NCBI RefSeq assembly: GCF_009914755.1
Contig: NC_060928.1
DNA length: 64,000 bases
Source: the human T2T-CHM13v2.0 reference genome, Homo sapiens
Reading direction: 5' to 3' (one strand)
Under the pieces are notes generated by a model. The model ran no database searches, was not told the DNA's origin, and saw only the letters and a program-made list of their open reading frames with translations. Every line of letters begins with the position of its first letter. Position 1 is the first letter of the stretch. The translations under genes and the position numbers were made by a program. This document shows positions 1-29,340 of this stretch, piece by piece.

Positions 1-151
1 TGCCTCTTGAGTTATCATCACAGACAACACTGAACTAAATGTGTTGCTGCTACTGAATAACGCAGAGCTCCGGCTGCTACGCCTACTGCTAGACCATCTG
101 TTTACCCAGGGTTTTTTATTAGGTTAATATTTCCCTCTAGATACTGACATC

Positions 152-545
152 TGTATCAGTTAAACTGATACTTGCTGCTGTAACAGGTAAACCTTAAAAT
201 CTCTGTTGTTTGTGGAGCAATAAGAATAGAATTTATTTTTCATTTCCATAAAAGCCACGTTGAGGGCGGTCAGGGAGGGAGTGGGTGAGTAGACTGTGCT
301 TTGTGCAGTCATTGAGGATTCCAGGCTGGCAGAAGTTCTGAGTCATCAGCACATGGCTCCCAAGATCCTCCTGTGGATCTCGGTCCATCTACGAAACAAA
401 GAAGCGAGAGAGCACGGAGAACCGTGTGGGAGATTCTTCCAGGCCAGGCGTGGAAGTGGCATAAACACTTCTGTCCACATTCTGTTGTCCAGATCACAGT
501 CAGATGGCCCCCCTCCCCACAGGGGACTGGGAAATGTCCCTCATT
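152..545. mobile_element. Old MaLR (MLT1-like) LTR remnant
   Basis: Begins tgtatcagtt...gctgctgtaaca...aaaatctc, resembling MLT1 termini; degenerate, boundaries approximate. Confidence 0.4.
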
Positions 546-1338
546 GGGCTGCCACTTCCCAGCAGCAGCTCTGTTGTGACTATTAGGAGTTCACTATATA
601 TTCTGATTACTCATCCCTTATCAGGTATATAATGTGCAAATGTTTTCCCCCATTCCATGGGCTTATGAAGTTCATTTTGCCTATTTTTTCTTTTGTAACA
701 TGAGCCTTTGGTGCCCTGACTATATCTCTTTTGACAATAAAATATTTTCCTTCTTTTTTACAGCTAAAATTGAGAATAAACTAGGTTTTATAGAAATTCC
801 TAAAAGTCAGTTGCTGTATTAATCTATCCTAAAGATCCATATTGAGTGGGAAGAAAAAGGGAAAACAACTTTCATCTTTAAAATTACTTTATGTAGAAGG
901 TTCTTGGTTATCTCATAGACTGTGGCTTCACACATTAAGCTAATTGATAATATGCTAAGTTTTTAAGAATCTTTTAAAAACTTGGTCTGATAGGATTCTG
1001 TAATTGAGCTAATCGATTCTATTGTCAATCTAAAAAAAGATATCAGAGAAAAATATCTCTGAATTTAATGAATGAATTAGGGAGTAAGCAAAGAGGATTA
1101 TAATTTGGGATGCACAGCCATGGCGAGCCACAGGTGCACCCGAAAAGGGGAAAGGAAGAGGAAGCTTTTATTTGGCAGACAGGGAGAGGTTCACATAAGC
1201 TGCTTGGAAACAGAGTTCACTGGTTCCAGAGGCTCAAAATCGTAGTTGGCATCAGTTCTGTGGTGGAGATGCCACTAGGGGGCAGGTGTTCTTTCAAGAG
1301 CATCTTATCTCAATTGCTGCCGTCCTAAAAAAAGTCCA

Positions 1339-2565
<1,227 letters not shown>

Positions 2566-3418
2566 GGTCCAGTGTACCTGGTCTCAGAAATACCTGCATA
2601 TGTGCCAAATGTAGGTTGTGAAAAGCATGAAATGCATGAAGGATGTGAAAGAATTTCTTGTGGGGTTATTTTAGACACTCCTCCTAATGGTTCTTATCTC
2701 AGACATGTAAGCAAGAACCCTTCTTTGTGCCTTCCCAGCTCCAAGTTTCTTTGGGTCTGACAAGAGTGCTTTCATCCTGTTAGGACCAGCTGCCTGACCC
2801 TCCACAGGGTACCCAGAGCCTGGACAGTGCCTGGCACACTGGACATGGACAGCAGATGTCTTCTCAATAAATAATTTGTTAGCCAGGATTCACAGTATGG
2901 AAGGATGACTGGGGCTGCCATGGCCACCCAGCCTCCCTGGAGCCTTCACTGCCTGGAGCTGGCTGGGAGTGGCAGCAGCCAGGATGAAGAGGAAAGCCTA
3001 GCACCTTGACTTGTTTCCCTCATCATCCAAGATGGGAACCCGGGAACCAGTCTTCAGTGGGAATCTTCTGTCGATGTAGGAAACATACCCTAAAGGGGAA
3101 GGGAAGGAACACTGAACCCCACTCATGGGCCTGGTACCTTTCTATACAAGTTATCCTATTTAATCTCCACAACAAGCCTACTAGATGCTGAGATCTCAAT
3201 GTGCAAATACCCCAGAACAGCACCTAGATGAGGCACAGGGACTCACTGGAAGCCTTGTCTTCCTTGGGCCCATCTGTGAGGAGCAGAACAGCTCACCTCT
3301 TGCCTGACAGGCTAGTCCTGGGTAATGCATCCAGCCTACCTCTTGTTGCCACCCTACCCCACCGTCAGTGCCACATACCCGTGAACACAAACCCACTGGG
3401 GCTGAGCGGCTGTGCCAC

Positions 3419-4939
3419 TGTCACAGGATCCTTAGGGTGTCACTTCACCAGCTGGAGACTTCTGTGGCCAGTGGCGGCTTTACCTGAGTTTTGCTTGGGC
3501 CCACTGGGCTCCTTCCACCCACTTGGCCTGGCAGGCTGTGCTTGTCTTTCACTACTGGTCCAGATCCCATGCCTGCCAAGGGCAAGCCAGGTGCAGAGCA
3601 GCAAGGGTTGCATGAGCAAATGAGTGTGGGGTCTGGCCATTGGGCACAGCCAGGCATGCCAGCTGTGGCAGGGCAGGCAGCTCCAGGCACAGGCGCTGGT
3701 TACCTGCTGTGGCTGTGGCTAGACCAAGCGTACTGCAAGCAGCTGCCACTGTGGGTGCCAGGGAATGCGGTGGCGCCCAGAAGCTTGGAGACTTCAGGAA
3801 CCACAGAGCTTCAAAGAGGGTGTCACAGCCTTGGCTGGGGGAGGTCCTAAGTCTCGGCTCCCCAAGGGGCCACAGCTCTTATCTCCTCTCTTCTCTCCTT
3901 CTCATCACCCACAACGTGGTGAGTTGGGGGGTGTGCTTCAGCCTGTTTGTATTACAGCTCTTTCAGTCCCACCATTCAGTGGGTCCCAAGTTCTTGTCCC
4001 ATGTCCAGGAAGAATGAGGTACACAGACAACTGGAGGGTAAGCAAGAAGAGGTGCTTTATTGAGTGACAGTACAGCTCTCAGGAGACCCAAAATGGGTAG
4101 CTCCTTTCTGCAGGCAGATCATCCCATCGTCTGTGCAGCCCTCAGAGGAGAGGAGACCTGGAGTGGGTAGCTCCTATCTGCAGGCAGGTTGTCCTGATGA
4201 GTATACAGCCCTCAGTGGAAAGGAGACCCACAGTGGGTAGCACCTCTCTGCAGGCAGGTTGTCCTGTTTTCTGCCCAAGTCTGGCTGAGTCTGGGGTTTT
4301 TATAAGCTTCAGAGGGGAGGAAGTACATGCTGATTGGTCCGTGGGCGGGCCCAGAAAAACCACCATAAGTTCTCACTCCAGTCTGCAGAACTGGCAGCCC
4401 GGCTGTCAGGCTTCAGTCTATCCCTGGCTTGAAGGTGAGGTTTCACTGGGGACCCTGCCCCTTTCTACCCAGGAGCCTGTCTGCCTCCTGCCCTTGTTCA
4501 TGGTGCCCTGGCTGTTTGTGTGCCCTGGCCTGCACTGAGCTGAACTCAGCCACGCCTTGGCCTCCCTGCCATGCTCATTGGTGTCCAAAGTCTGGAGGGG
4601 GCTGAGGTGGCAGGTGGCTGGTGTGTCAGCACCGCCCCTATCGTGCACACACCTGGCTGGGTTGTGACAGTGCCTGGGCTCAGCCACAACTTTGATCCAA
4701 AATCGGAGCAGGTGCCAGGAGCAGTGAGAGGCCAGTCAGTGGGAACAGGCACTTCTGAGCCTGCAGGGGCAGGGGGGCTTCCTGGGCTCCTGAGAGCACA
4801 GGGATGCCCAGGTCAGCAGCTGTGGCTGGGTGGCTGCAGCTGCTCCCAGTAGTGTGGGGCTCCTGCCCCACCAACCTGGAAGGGGGTAGGGCTCCCACCT
4901 GTTCCTGGCTTCCGCCGGCACTGGCCACTGCTGCCAGCA
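3419..4939 (-). mobile_element. MER52-like (ERV1) solo LTR, about 1.5 kb
   Basis: TG...CA termini, 4-bp TSD CCAC (3415-3418 and 4940-4943), start tgtcacaggatccttagggtgtcac matches recalled MER52, internal ~70-bp repeats near 4075-4265. Confidence 0.8.
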
Positions 4940-6402
4940 CCACCTCATCCAGGCCCTGCCTGCCTCGCTGCTTGGATCCTGGGAAGGTGGAAGCACTGGT
5001 TCTAAGCCTACAGGCAGTGTCAGGCTTAGGAAAGGAAGGACATAGCAGCCAGGCTGCCATGTTTCTTGCTAGTTACTTGAGTAGTGTAAAGTTGGGAGAA
5101 GCCAGGGAACAAGAGAAAGCAGAGATAGTGAAATATGAATAAGACCAAGAGGGACTTGTTCTCTGCTCAATGATTCAGCAGCTTGGGCACAGAAGCACCA
5201 CTGAAGATGTAAGCCATGTCTCAGGGCACTTGTAGATCATGCTTGTTTTCCACTTGTGGAATCTAGAGGGCAAAATACTGCATCAGGCAAGTGACAGCTC
5301 AGCTCTGTACTCCTTTAAGAGGTCAGATAAAAATGGCATATCCCAAAGAACAGTTCTTATTTCAACTGAAGGGAGAACCAGCAATAACCCTGAAAAAAAT
5401 AACCCATAACCAAAGATGATAGCCTTTTTTCAGTGCCTACTGCTTCTCTGGAATGAGTTTCTGTGTTCTCTGTGAAGGGACAGGAGGAACAGGTCACCCT
5501 TTCCCCACCCTTCAGTGACATAGGACATGGCTGTCACTGACACAGCACTTGACATATTCTCTGGCATTGGCAGGTGGTTGTTACATGTTTATTAAATAAA
5601 CAAATCTTAACAGAAAGAAAAAATGTGGACTGGATTTGAGGGGGAAGATTATGAGTCTAGGGTGAACATGTTGAATGCCAGGTGCTCTGGACATCTTGTG
5701 GTGTGGGACGTGAGTCCAGAGCTCATGATCTCAGTTGAAATATTGAGTAGGGGGAGTAGAAGAGCAAAACTAAGGCTGAGGAAGAAGCTCTTACATCTTT
5801 GATGGTTTTCTTTTTTGCAGATATCAAGTCTGTATCTCTAGCCGAGCCTCTTCTGAGCTCATCCCAGTCTACCCATCTTCCAAATGTCTGTCTCTTACAA
5901 TTTTCCACACTCACCGTATTTAAGACAGAGCTCATCGTGTTCCAAGGAAATGTGGCTTTTGCCCTGGTTTCCTAATTCTTCCAAATGGTCCTGGAGTCTT
6001 AGTCACCCAGCCTAAGCCATTATGTTCTCCTGGATAAAATTCAGTAAAATTTTAGCTGCCCAGAAGGCTTGAGATTGAAGATGCTCATTTCTCTGAGTTG
6101 AATTAAAGAAAAAATGGTGCTTGTTTAAAAGATCTTTCTGAAGTATTATAGTGTAGCCTTTTCCATCATTCTGGTTTCACCATGGGATGCTCTTCTCCCA
6201 GCACTTGCCAAGACTCTGCCACTCACATCCTTCAGGCCTCTGCCTAAATGTGACCCCTGTAGGGAGGTCTTCTCTGATCCTACCTTAGTCAAAACAGCAC
6301 CTTCCACCTTTACCCTGCTTGATTTTGTTTCATATTTATCACTATATGATTAGCATTTTTTTCTTATCTCTTATCATTATCTGATTTGTGCACCTGTCTC
6401 CC

Positions 6403-6780
6403 TGTATTAGTCCATTTTCACACTGCTGTGAAGATACTACCTGAGACTGGGTAATTTATAAATAAAAGAGGTTTAATTGACTCACAGTTCTGCATGGCTA
6501 GAGGGGCCTCAGGAAACTTACAATCATGGTGAAAAGCGAAGGGGAAGCAAGGCACGTCTTACATGGTGGCAGGAGAGAGAGAGGGGGAGAGAGAGCACAA
6601 GGGAAACTGCCACTTTTAAAACCATCAGATCTCATGAGAACTCCCTCATTATCGCAGGACAGCATGGGGAATCCGTCCCCACGATCCAATCACGGGACTC
6701 CCACCTGGTCCCTCCCTCGACATGTGGGTATTATAATTTGAGATGAGATTTGGGTGGGGACACAGAGCCAAACCATATCA
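6403..6780 (-). mobile_element. MSTA/THE1-like MaLR solo LTR inserted in an L2 remnant
   Basis: tgtattagtcc...gccaaaccatatca, 5-bp TSD CTCCC (6398-6402 and 6781-6785). Confidence 0.88.
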
Positions 6781-7151
6781 CTCCCTCACTTAGAATGCGA
6801 GGGAGGGACTTGGTCTTTTTTACCATCATATGCCTAGTGCTTTGAAGGTTTTTGGTACATAGTAGATGCTCAATAAATATTTCTTTGATAAATACTTATA
6901 AGCAGCCCTGAACAATATGTCATGTTAGATCTTGTTTACAGATTTGGAAACTGAGGCTCACCATGGCTTCTAAATGGCAGAGCTAGTGACAGATTGCTTC
7001 CCTTGGGAATTTTATACTTCATCAAGCAGCTTTCCAGATAAGACAAATTATTATAAGCATGTATTTTTATTCATGATAGGTACCCAAACCACTCAAACAG
7101 AAATGTTAAGATATATTGGTGGAAGTAGTTGTTATAATTGGATATTTCTGA

Positions 7152-7289
<138 letters not shown>

Positions 7290-7806
7290 TAAATAGTGCC
7301 TACTAATGCTTGGATGGTACATCTGGCATGATACCATTCATTAGATGTTATTCTTTCTTGAGTTCCATGTTTGTTTCAAACATTTTATGATAAATTCTCC
7401 TTATATCTTCATGATTCCTCTCAGGAAAAAAAATCCTTTAGATTTTCTGATCTGCAGTTATAAAGTTGGCTGTTGACTTTTTCATTAAAAATATATATTT
7501 TTTATAGAGGTGGGGTCTCACCATGTTGCCCAGGCTGGTCTTAAACTCCTGAGCTCAAGCAGTCTGCCCACCTTGGCCTCCCAAAGTGCTGGGATTACAG
7601 GTGTGAGCCACTATGCCCGCTCCCCATTAGAAACATTTTTTACAAGTAATATATATACTCATTGTTCTATACATTACTGAAGAAAAAGTAAAAATTCCTC
7701 TCCCCATGACCGAGCCAATTATTGTCTGTAGAAGAAACACTGTTAAGTATTGTTTAGTAGCCTTCCAGACAGTTTTCTATGCACGTTTTAAAAAATTATT
7801 GAGCCA

Positions 7807-8093
<287 letters not shown>

Positions 8094-8392
8094 TTATTGA
8101 GCCAGGCATGGTGGCACATACCTGTAGGTGCACCTACTTAGGAGGCTGAGGCAGGAGGATCCCTTGAGCCCAAGAGGTTGAGTCTAGCCTGGGCAACATA
8201 GTGAGACCTGTCTTGAGAAAAAAAATTAATGAGGGAAAGAAAGAAAAAAGAAAAGAAAAATTTCTAATGATCTTCAGGAAAGGATTAGTCAGATAAAAAT
8301 ATGGTATATCAGTGTAACAGAATACTCTGCAACTGTAAAGAATGAGAGTTAGCTACAGGTCCTAACATGAGCCTAAGGAGTCAGATACAGAA

Positions 8393-9329
8393 GGCCGGGT
8401 GTGGTGGCTCACGCCCGTAATCCCAGCACTTTGGGAGACTGAGGTGGGCGGATCACGAGATCAGGAGATCGAGACCATCCTGGCTAACACGGTGAAACTC
8501 CGTCTCTACTAAAAATACAAAAAAATTAGCTGGGCGAGGTGGCGGGCGCCTGTAGTCCCAGCTACTTGGGAAGCTGAGGCAGGAGAATGGTGTGAACCTG
8601 GGGAGCTTGGAGATCCCACCACTGCACTCCAGCCTGGGTGACAGAACAAGACTCCGTCTCAAAAAAAAAAAAAAAAAAAAGAAGTCAGATATAGAATCAT
8701 GTCTATAGAGCAATCATAACTGTATTTTTTAACAATAGAATTTTCAGTTCAAAGGGTACATGCATTTAAAATTTTGATATTGCTAAATCACTGCCAAAAA
8801 GATTGTATCAATTTACCTTTCTGTCAACAGTATGTAACAAACTTTCTTTGTGATGCCTTTGCTAATACTGGTTGTTGTCAGTATTTTTAATATTTGCTAA
8901 ACTGCAATTTGAAAAATGGTTTCTTTTCTCGATTATGGATGGGGTAGAACATTTCCTTTTTTTTTTTCAATGTTTCCTTTTTCTTTTCTAATTCATTTAT
9001 AAAAGTTCTTTATATATAAAAGGTGTTATCTTTTTTTTTTTTTTTTTTTTTGAGACAGAGTCTCGCTGTGTCGCCAGGCTGGAGTGCAATGGCATGATCT
9101 CGGCTCACTGCAAGCTCCGCCTCCCAGATTCAAGTGATTCCCTGCCTCAGCCTCCCAAGTAGCTGGGACTACAGGTGCCCACCACCACGCCCGGCTAATT
9201 TTTGTATTTTTAGTAGAGACTGGGTTTCACCAGGTTGGCCAGGATGGTCTCAATTTCTTGCCCTTGTGATCCGCCCACCTCAGCCTCCCAAAGTGCTGGG
9301 ATTACAGACCTGAGCCACCGCGCCTGGCC
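8393..9329. mobile_element. Sense AluY (8393-8680) and antisense Alu (9031-9329)
   Basis: Standard Alu consensus motifs with poly(A) and poly(T) tails. Confidence 0.9.
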
Positions 9330-9619
9330 CTCAGTGTCTTTTTTTCATACAGAAGTTTTAGTATTTTTATAGAGACAAATATATCAGTCTTTTCCTGGTT
9401 AGCTTCTGAGCTTTGTGTTATCTGTAGGAAGGACACATTTATTCCAAGATTATTTTTACAAACCAATCCATCTTTCCTTTAGTACTATTGTAGTTCCTTT
9501 TAAAGAAAGATGATGAAGTATTATATTTATAAAAATTAGTTTCAGGTGGTATAAAGGAGCTAGTATTTCCCTCATTGTTGTAACCCCCCCATTGTTTTAA
9601 CTCCACTGAGTATTTTAAA

Positions 9620-11150
<1,531 letters not shown>

Positions 11151-11332
11151 GCAGGAGAATCGCCTGAACCCGGGAGGCAGAGGCTGCAGTGAGCGGAGAT
11201 TGTACCGCTGCCCTCCAGCCTGGGCGACAGAGGAGGGAGACTGTCTGAAACAAACAACAACAACAACAACAAGATGAAAATAATACGGCAAATACTGTTC
11301 TTGACTTTTACTGTATCGAGTGAGAACTGTAA

Positions 11333-11536
<204 letters not shown>

Positions 11537-11579
11537 TGAGCAACCACCCAATCTTATGCTTTTGAAAATGTAAAAACTT

Positions 11580-13232
<1,653 letters not shown>

Positions 13233-13713
13233 CAGTTCTTCTTTTTGAAGACAGAGTTCCAGTATGCTGGGGCATGCTTACTCAGTTTGGGGGATGGAAC
13301 CCTGGGTGTAAGTTCTCATGTAGTGGGTAATGTTTGCCAAGCTGCTGTATTTTAAGAATTTAGGGACCTACTGTTCTTCCTTACGTTAAAATAGCTAAAC
13401 TGCATTGTTGAAACTCTGTTTTAGGTTTCAGTCTTCTGATATTGTCATGATACCTGTCGTTATGAGGTGACAGCTATGTGACTGCAGTTACAGGTTATGT
13501 TTTTGTTTTTTTGATGGCAGTTGTGTAGGTTCAGAAATAATGTCTGATTGTGCCATTTTGTCACACTTACTGCTTTGACTATCCTCGTGATAGGTGATGA
13601 CAGGCTCTGTGAGCTTCTCAAGTGAAGGGACTGTGTCTTATTCATTTCCCCCTCATGGCACATGGCATGGTTGTTTGCCCTATTTCTTGCTCATTAAATG
13701 AATTAGTGGCATC

Positions 13714-14120
13714 TGTATCAGTCAGGATTCAACCAGAGAACTAGAACCCATAGGAGGAGATATTAAGAGATTTATTGCAAGGAATTGGCTTACATAATTG
13801 TGGGGTCTGGTTAGGAAAGTCTGAAATCTGTAGGGCGGACCGTCAGAAGGGGCATGGTAGGACTCTCCAGTAATGGGCTGAAGCTGCCGTCCTCAGGCAG
13901 AATTTCTTCCTCCAGGAAGACTCATCTCTGTTCTTAACACCTTCCAACTGATTAGGTCAGAGCCACCTAGATTATCTAGCATAATCTCCTTCACTTGAAG
14001 TCAACTGATTATAAACTTTAATCGTATGTACAAGTACCTTCCCAGCAGCACCTGGATTTATGTTTGAGTGACTAACTGGGGCTCATAGCCTGCCCAGTTG
14101 GCATATCGAAGGACCATTGC
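13714..14120 (-). mobile_element. MLT2-like (ERVL) solo LTR
   Basis: tgtatcagtcaggattcaaccagagaa...gagatttattgcaaggaattggct...aagtcaactgatt, typical of MLT2. Confidence 0.75.
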
Positions 14121-14189
14121 AGGATCAGACTTGCTTTCTCTTCCATTAATTGCATGCCACACAGTATCCAGAACTCCCAGCACTGAAGT

Positions 14190-17212
<3,023 letters not shown>

Positions 17213-17394
17213 TAAATTAGCTCCCTTTTCTTTCTTCACCTCTTCTGAAGAAATACCCATATAGCAAGGGAGGGCATCAAGAAGAAAGAAATAATTATAA
17301 AGAAAAACAAAAGAAAAAATTTAAAAATGAATCATGGTAGATATAGCAAATGTGGAAGAGGAGGGAAGGGGAGGTTATACATGTGTGGCTTGGT

Positions 17395-19340
<1,946 letters not shown>

Positions 19341-19884
19341 ACTTGGTAATAGAGAGATGTTTATGGGCTGCCTGGAGATGATGTAGCTGGAAAGCTTTTT
19401 TTTTTTTTCTTTTCTTACCATCAACTGGGGAAACTGCCACATTCTTCCTCTTCCCACCTGATGGCCCTGCTCTTGTGCTTTACTGAAACAAAAAACAAAC
19501 AAATAAAAAGCAATGATTCACGTCATTATTGTAGTTTTTCCTTTTCTTGTCTTTTATTTTAAAACAGCAAGAATAAACTTCTCTTTCTTTTACATGCTAA
19601 AAAGGGAACCCCTAGGCTAGGTGCGGTGGCTCATGCCTGTAATCCCAGCACTTTGGGAGGCCAAGACAGGAGGCTCTCTTGATGCCAGGAGTTGAAAAAA
19701 GAGAACTCCTTGAGGTCACTTACTCAAATTTTAACAACCCATAATATTCAAAGTACCTGAAAGTAAAGCAAGACCGTGTGTTCATTCTTGCATTTCTTTA
19801 TCCAGTCACTCAGACATTGTTAGTTTTTCTTAGTTTTCCTCTCAGGGTTCTCAAATATTAAAATTCAGCCAAATTTGAATTTAT

Positions 19885-22640
<2,756 letters not shown>

Positions 22641-23196
22641 AGTAAATGTAATTTTCAACACAGAAAAAGAAGCATATTTCTGCAAAATCCACCCTCCCTT
22701 CCCTCTCCACCAGTGGTCTTTCCTATTAGAATTTCCTCTGCCTAAAATTTTAAAAAGCAAGGCACTAAGTCATTTGGTAAATTTGCCCTGGTAACTACTT
22801 ATTCTGAAAAACAATGATTGATCCTTAATGTAAAGCCCCAGAAGTCTCAGTTCTGCATCAGGCTGGTAGTTCTGTACCTTACCTTGCCATACTTCAGGTC
22901 ACCTTAGCTTACCTCCCTCTCTCTCATGGATATTAGAAACACTGCTTTTCCTTTGTGTGAGAATAAATAACTATTAATATAAAAATTTTCTATGATATAG
23001 AAAATGGGAACACTATTTGGTGTTAATCATTAAACGGTCTTGATAGAATCAACCTGCTATTTAGTTTCAGAAAAATTGAGACTTTGGAGGGGAAATGACT
23101 GTTAAAATATTGTCTTTGTCTTCTGAGAATATTTTGTCTTGTTTTCTGCTGTGTCCAGTGCCTGGAACAATGCATATTTGTGGAGCAAATGAGTGA

Positions 23197-23424
<228 letters not shown>

Positions 23425-23749
23425 TAGTAGAGATGGGGTTTCACCATGTTGGCCAGGATGGTCTCGATCTCTTGACCTCGTGATCTGCCCACCTCAGCCT
23501 CCCAAAGTGCTGGGATTACAGGCGTGAGCCACGGCGCCTGGCCCAAACTTCTTTTCTTAAATAGGAAAATGAATGGACCGATCTTATTCTTATGACAGCC
23601 TTGCTGCATAGAAAGAAAGGACTGGAGAGTCCAGCAGGGTGTGTGTGTTTCAGTCTTGGCTCTCCCCTTGGTGATGCAGGTGCACTGGAGAGGGACTTCC
23701 CAAGTCTCTCCTCATCCATCAGGGTGGTGGTTGTAGGGCTAAATGAGAC

Positions 23750-23782
<33 letters not shown>

Positions 23783-23996
23783 ATATATATGTATATATGT
23801 GTATGTGTATATATATAGGTATATATGTGTATGTGTATATATATGTATATATGTGTATGTGTATATATATGTATATATGTGTATGTGTATATATATGTAT
23901 ATATGTGTATGTGTATATATATACATATATGTATATATATGTGTGTATGTATGTATGTATACACATACATATATATGTATATATGTGTGTGTGAGT

Positions 23997-24046
<50 letters not shown>
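23750..24046. repeat. Compound (TA)n/(TG)n/(CA)n microsatellite at the tail end of an antisense Alu (24046-24341)
   Basis: Directly visible; includes several copies of a ~26-bp unit gtatatatatgtatatatgtgtatgt. Confidence 0.95.
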
Positions 24047-24169
24047 TTTTTTTTTTTTTGAGATGGAGTTTCGCTCTTGTAGCCCAGGCTGGAGTGGAGT
24101 GGCGTGATCTTGGCTCACTGCAACCTCTGCCTCCTGGGTTCAAGTGATTCCCCTGCCTCAGCCTCCTGA

Positions 24170-24349
<180 letters not shown>

Positions 24350-24996
24350 TAGTTATTGAAATGCCTCAAATGTATTAGATAATTTAAATGGCAGCTACTA
24401 ATCATGATTAATTGTGATAATATTGTTGATTTTTTAAAATGTGAGTTTTCTTATTGTTTACTATCTTTCAACTTATGTTAGGAAATAACTGATTTATAAA
24501 CACAGATTTCCTCTGGTCGCTTGGCCCTATCACAGTCAGAAATCAGTCTGGAATGCATTTCTTGTTTCTAATTACAAATTAGGTGGACAATTGAGCATGA
24601 CTTGGGTATTTTTTCATTGAATCTGGACAGTGGTTTTGTCATGTGTTTCCTTTTTCCAGAATTCTCTGGATGAGGGTTAAGGAGAGCAGGGCCTGGGCAC
24701 CTGGAACACTGTGAGTGGGAATACAGAGTGGCAGAGCCTCTTTGGAGGGCAGTTTCACAATAAATATGAAGTTTAAAATGCTTGCATCTTTTTGAGCTGG
24801 TAACTCTGTGTTTAGGAATCTATCCTATAGAAATACACATGTATAGAGACGTTCACGGTGGTGCTGTTTGCGTGGGAAAACTGGCAACTAGGATGTAACT
24901 GGGGGCAGATAAACTCATACACCGGGAGACCGTGCAGTCACTCAAGAAAGTGGGGTAGCTCTATAGACGTCAGCACATACTTTAAACACTGGACCC

Positions 24997-27011
<2,015 letters not shown>

Positions 27012-27110
27012 TAAGTGGTTCATGCTGAGCCCTGCATATATTATCTATGACTAACCCCAAAACAGACAGCTTTCAGGAGGTTTCTCTGCATAAGACAAGT
27101 TCCTAGAGTG

Positions 27111-27559
27111 TAGTTGACCCTTGAACAACATGGGCATTAGGGACGCTGACACCACCCAACCTTCTGCGCAGTTGAAAATCTGTGTGTAACTTTTGACTCC
27201 CCCAAAAGCTTAACTACCATTAGCCTACTGTTGACCAGAAGCCTTACTGATAACATAAACAGCAGATGAACACATATTTTGTATATGTATTATATGCTAT
27301 ACTCTTACAATAAAGTATGCTAGAAAAAATAAAGTGTTACTAAGAAAATCATAAGGAAGAGAAAATATAATTCCTATTCATAAAGTGGAAATGGATCATC
27401 ATAAAGGTCTTCATCCTCGTCATCTGCACGTTGAGGAGGCTGAGGAGAAGGAGGAAGAGGAGGGGTTGGTCCTGCTGTCTCAGGGGTGGCAGAGGCGGAA
27501 GAAAATACATACATAAGTGGCTCCTGGCGTCTCAACCCGCATTGTTCAAGGGTCAACTG
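27111..27559. mobile_element. Tigger2a-like TcMar-Tigger DNA transposon
   Basis: Perfect 17-bp terminal inverted repeats agttgacccttgaacaa / ttgttcaagggtcaact, followed by TA on the right. Confidence 0.85.
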
Positions 27560-28763
27560 TACTTTACACATTAAAATGATTACTTCCTCTAGAAAGAGGT
27601 GAATGAAGAGTAATAATTCCATGTACACACGAGGCACACTGAAGGGGGTCCCATCGTTTAGCACCAGTATCCTAGCATCCCTGTGGTGACTCCAGGCCCT
27701 CTCTGCTCTGCTTGTGTCTAGGACAAAAAGATTTTTTTCAGACCTAGGTACTCACCAAAAACATCTTTTTTCAGGGCATTTCCAAGGAGAATTCCGAGGT
27801 AAAGCACTTTGGCTAAATTCAGTTTCTTTACATATGCGGGATGAAAGAACAGTTTCTGAGGTGATCAGGCCCAAAATCTGCAGTGCCTTGTGTATGCATG
27901 CAGACAGTCACTCATGTCACAGCGGAGGAAACGGAGGCCCAGGGAGCCATGAGAAAGTTTATTCTTTGCTCTGAGAGCAAGCAGATGACATATGCATTGT
28001 GTTTAAAAAGATCGCTCTGGGTGCAACTTAGAGGTTAAAGAGAGGGAAGATGGGGTCCAGGAGATGAGCCGGCGAGGCCGTTGCAGCTCACATGTGGCAG
28101 GGAGTGGCGCACCTGAGCCAGTGCAGTCCGAGCATAGTGGGGCTGGGGCTGGACCCTGATGCTTTAATGATGCGGCTGCCTCTAAAATAACACACAGGCC
28201 GGGCGCGGTGGCTCACGCCGGTAATCCCAGCACTTTGGGAGGCCGAGGCGGGCAGATCGCTTGAGGCCAGGAGTTCAAGACCAGCCTGGCCCACATAGAG
28301 AAACCCCATCTCTCCAAAAAAATGCAAAAATTAGCCAGGCCTGGGGGTGTGCGCCTGTAATCCCAGCTACTCAGGAGGCTGAGGCATGAGAATCACTTGA
28401 ACCTGGGAGGTGGAGGCTGCAATGAGCCTCCCCTGTACTCCACTGTACTCCAGCCTGGGCAACACAGCGAGACTCTGTCTCATAAATAAATAAATAAATA
28501 AAAATAAAAAACAAGGCTTTCTCTCTCTATCTGGCTTTCTCTTGAGGTGTGGCTTCTCTGCACACTGAGGAGCTGGGTGGTTTAGATGCTTATTCCTTTA
28601 GTGAGAATTCAGCGGCCAGTTCCACACCCCACAGATAAATGGCATGCATCCCATCTTTCTCCTAACCAGGTGTATGGCACCGGACTAGAACCCTTCCCTC
28701 TGTCCCTCAGCCCCCTCCTCTGAAAATGGATTAGAGTAAATGGATTAGAGTAAATGTAGACTA

Positions 28764-29054
<291 letters not shown>

Positions 29055-29118
29055 TCAAAAAAAAAAAAAAAGAGATTTTCAATTTCAAGTCATCTTACTT
29101 ATTCTTGTTGGATATTCA

Positions 29119-29340
<222 letters not shown>

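Noticed and set aside
3228-5142. Cluster of 100-130-aa ORFs on both strands
   Set aside because: They lie in or overlap the GC-rich MER52-like LTR; no gag, pol or env similarity is visible.
23516-24143. Several overlapping long ORFs (YIYIC/THTH-rich)
   Set aside because: Translations of the dinucleotide microsatellite, which lacks stop codons.
28724-28756. 14-bp tandem duplication aaatggattagagt
   Set aside because: Ordinary slippage duplication with no sign of function.
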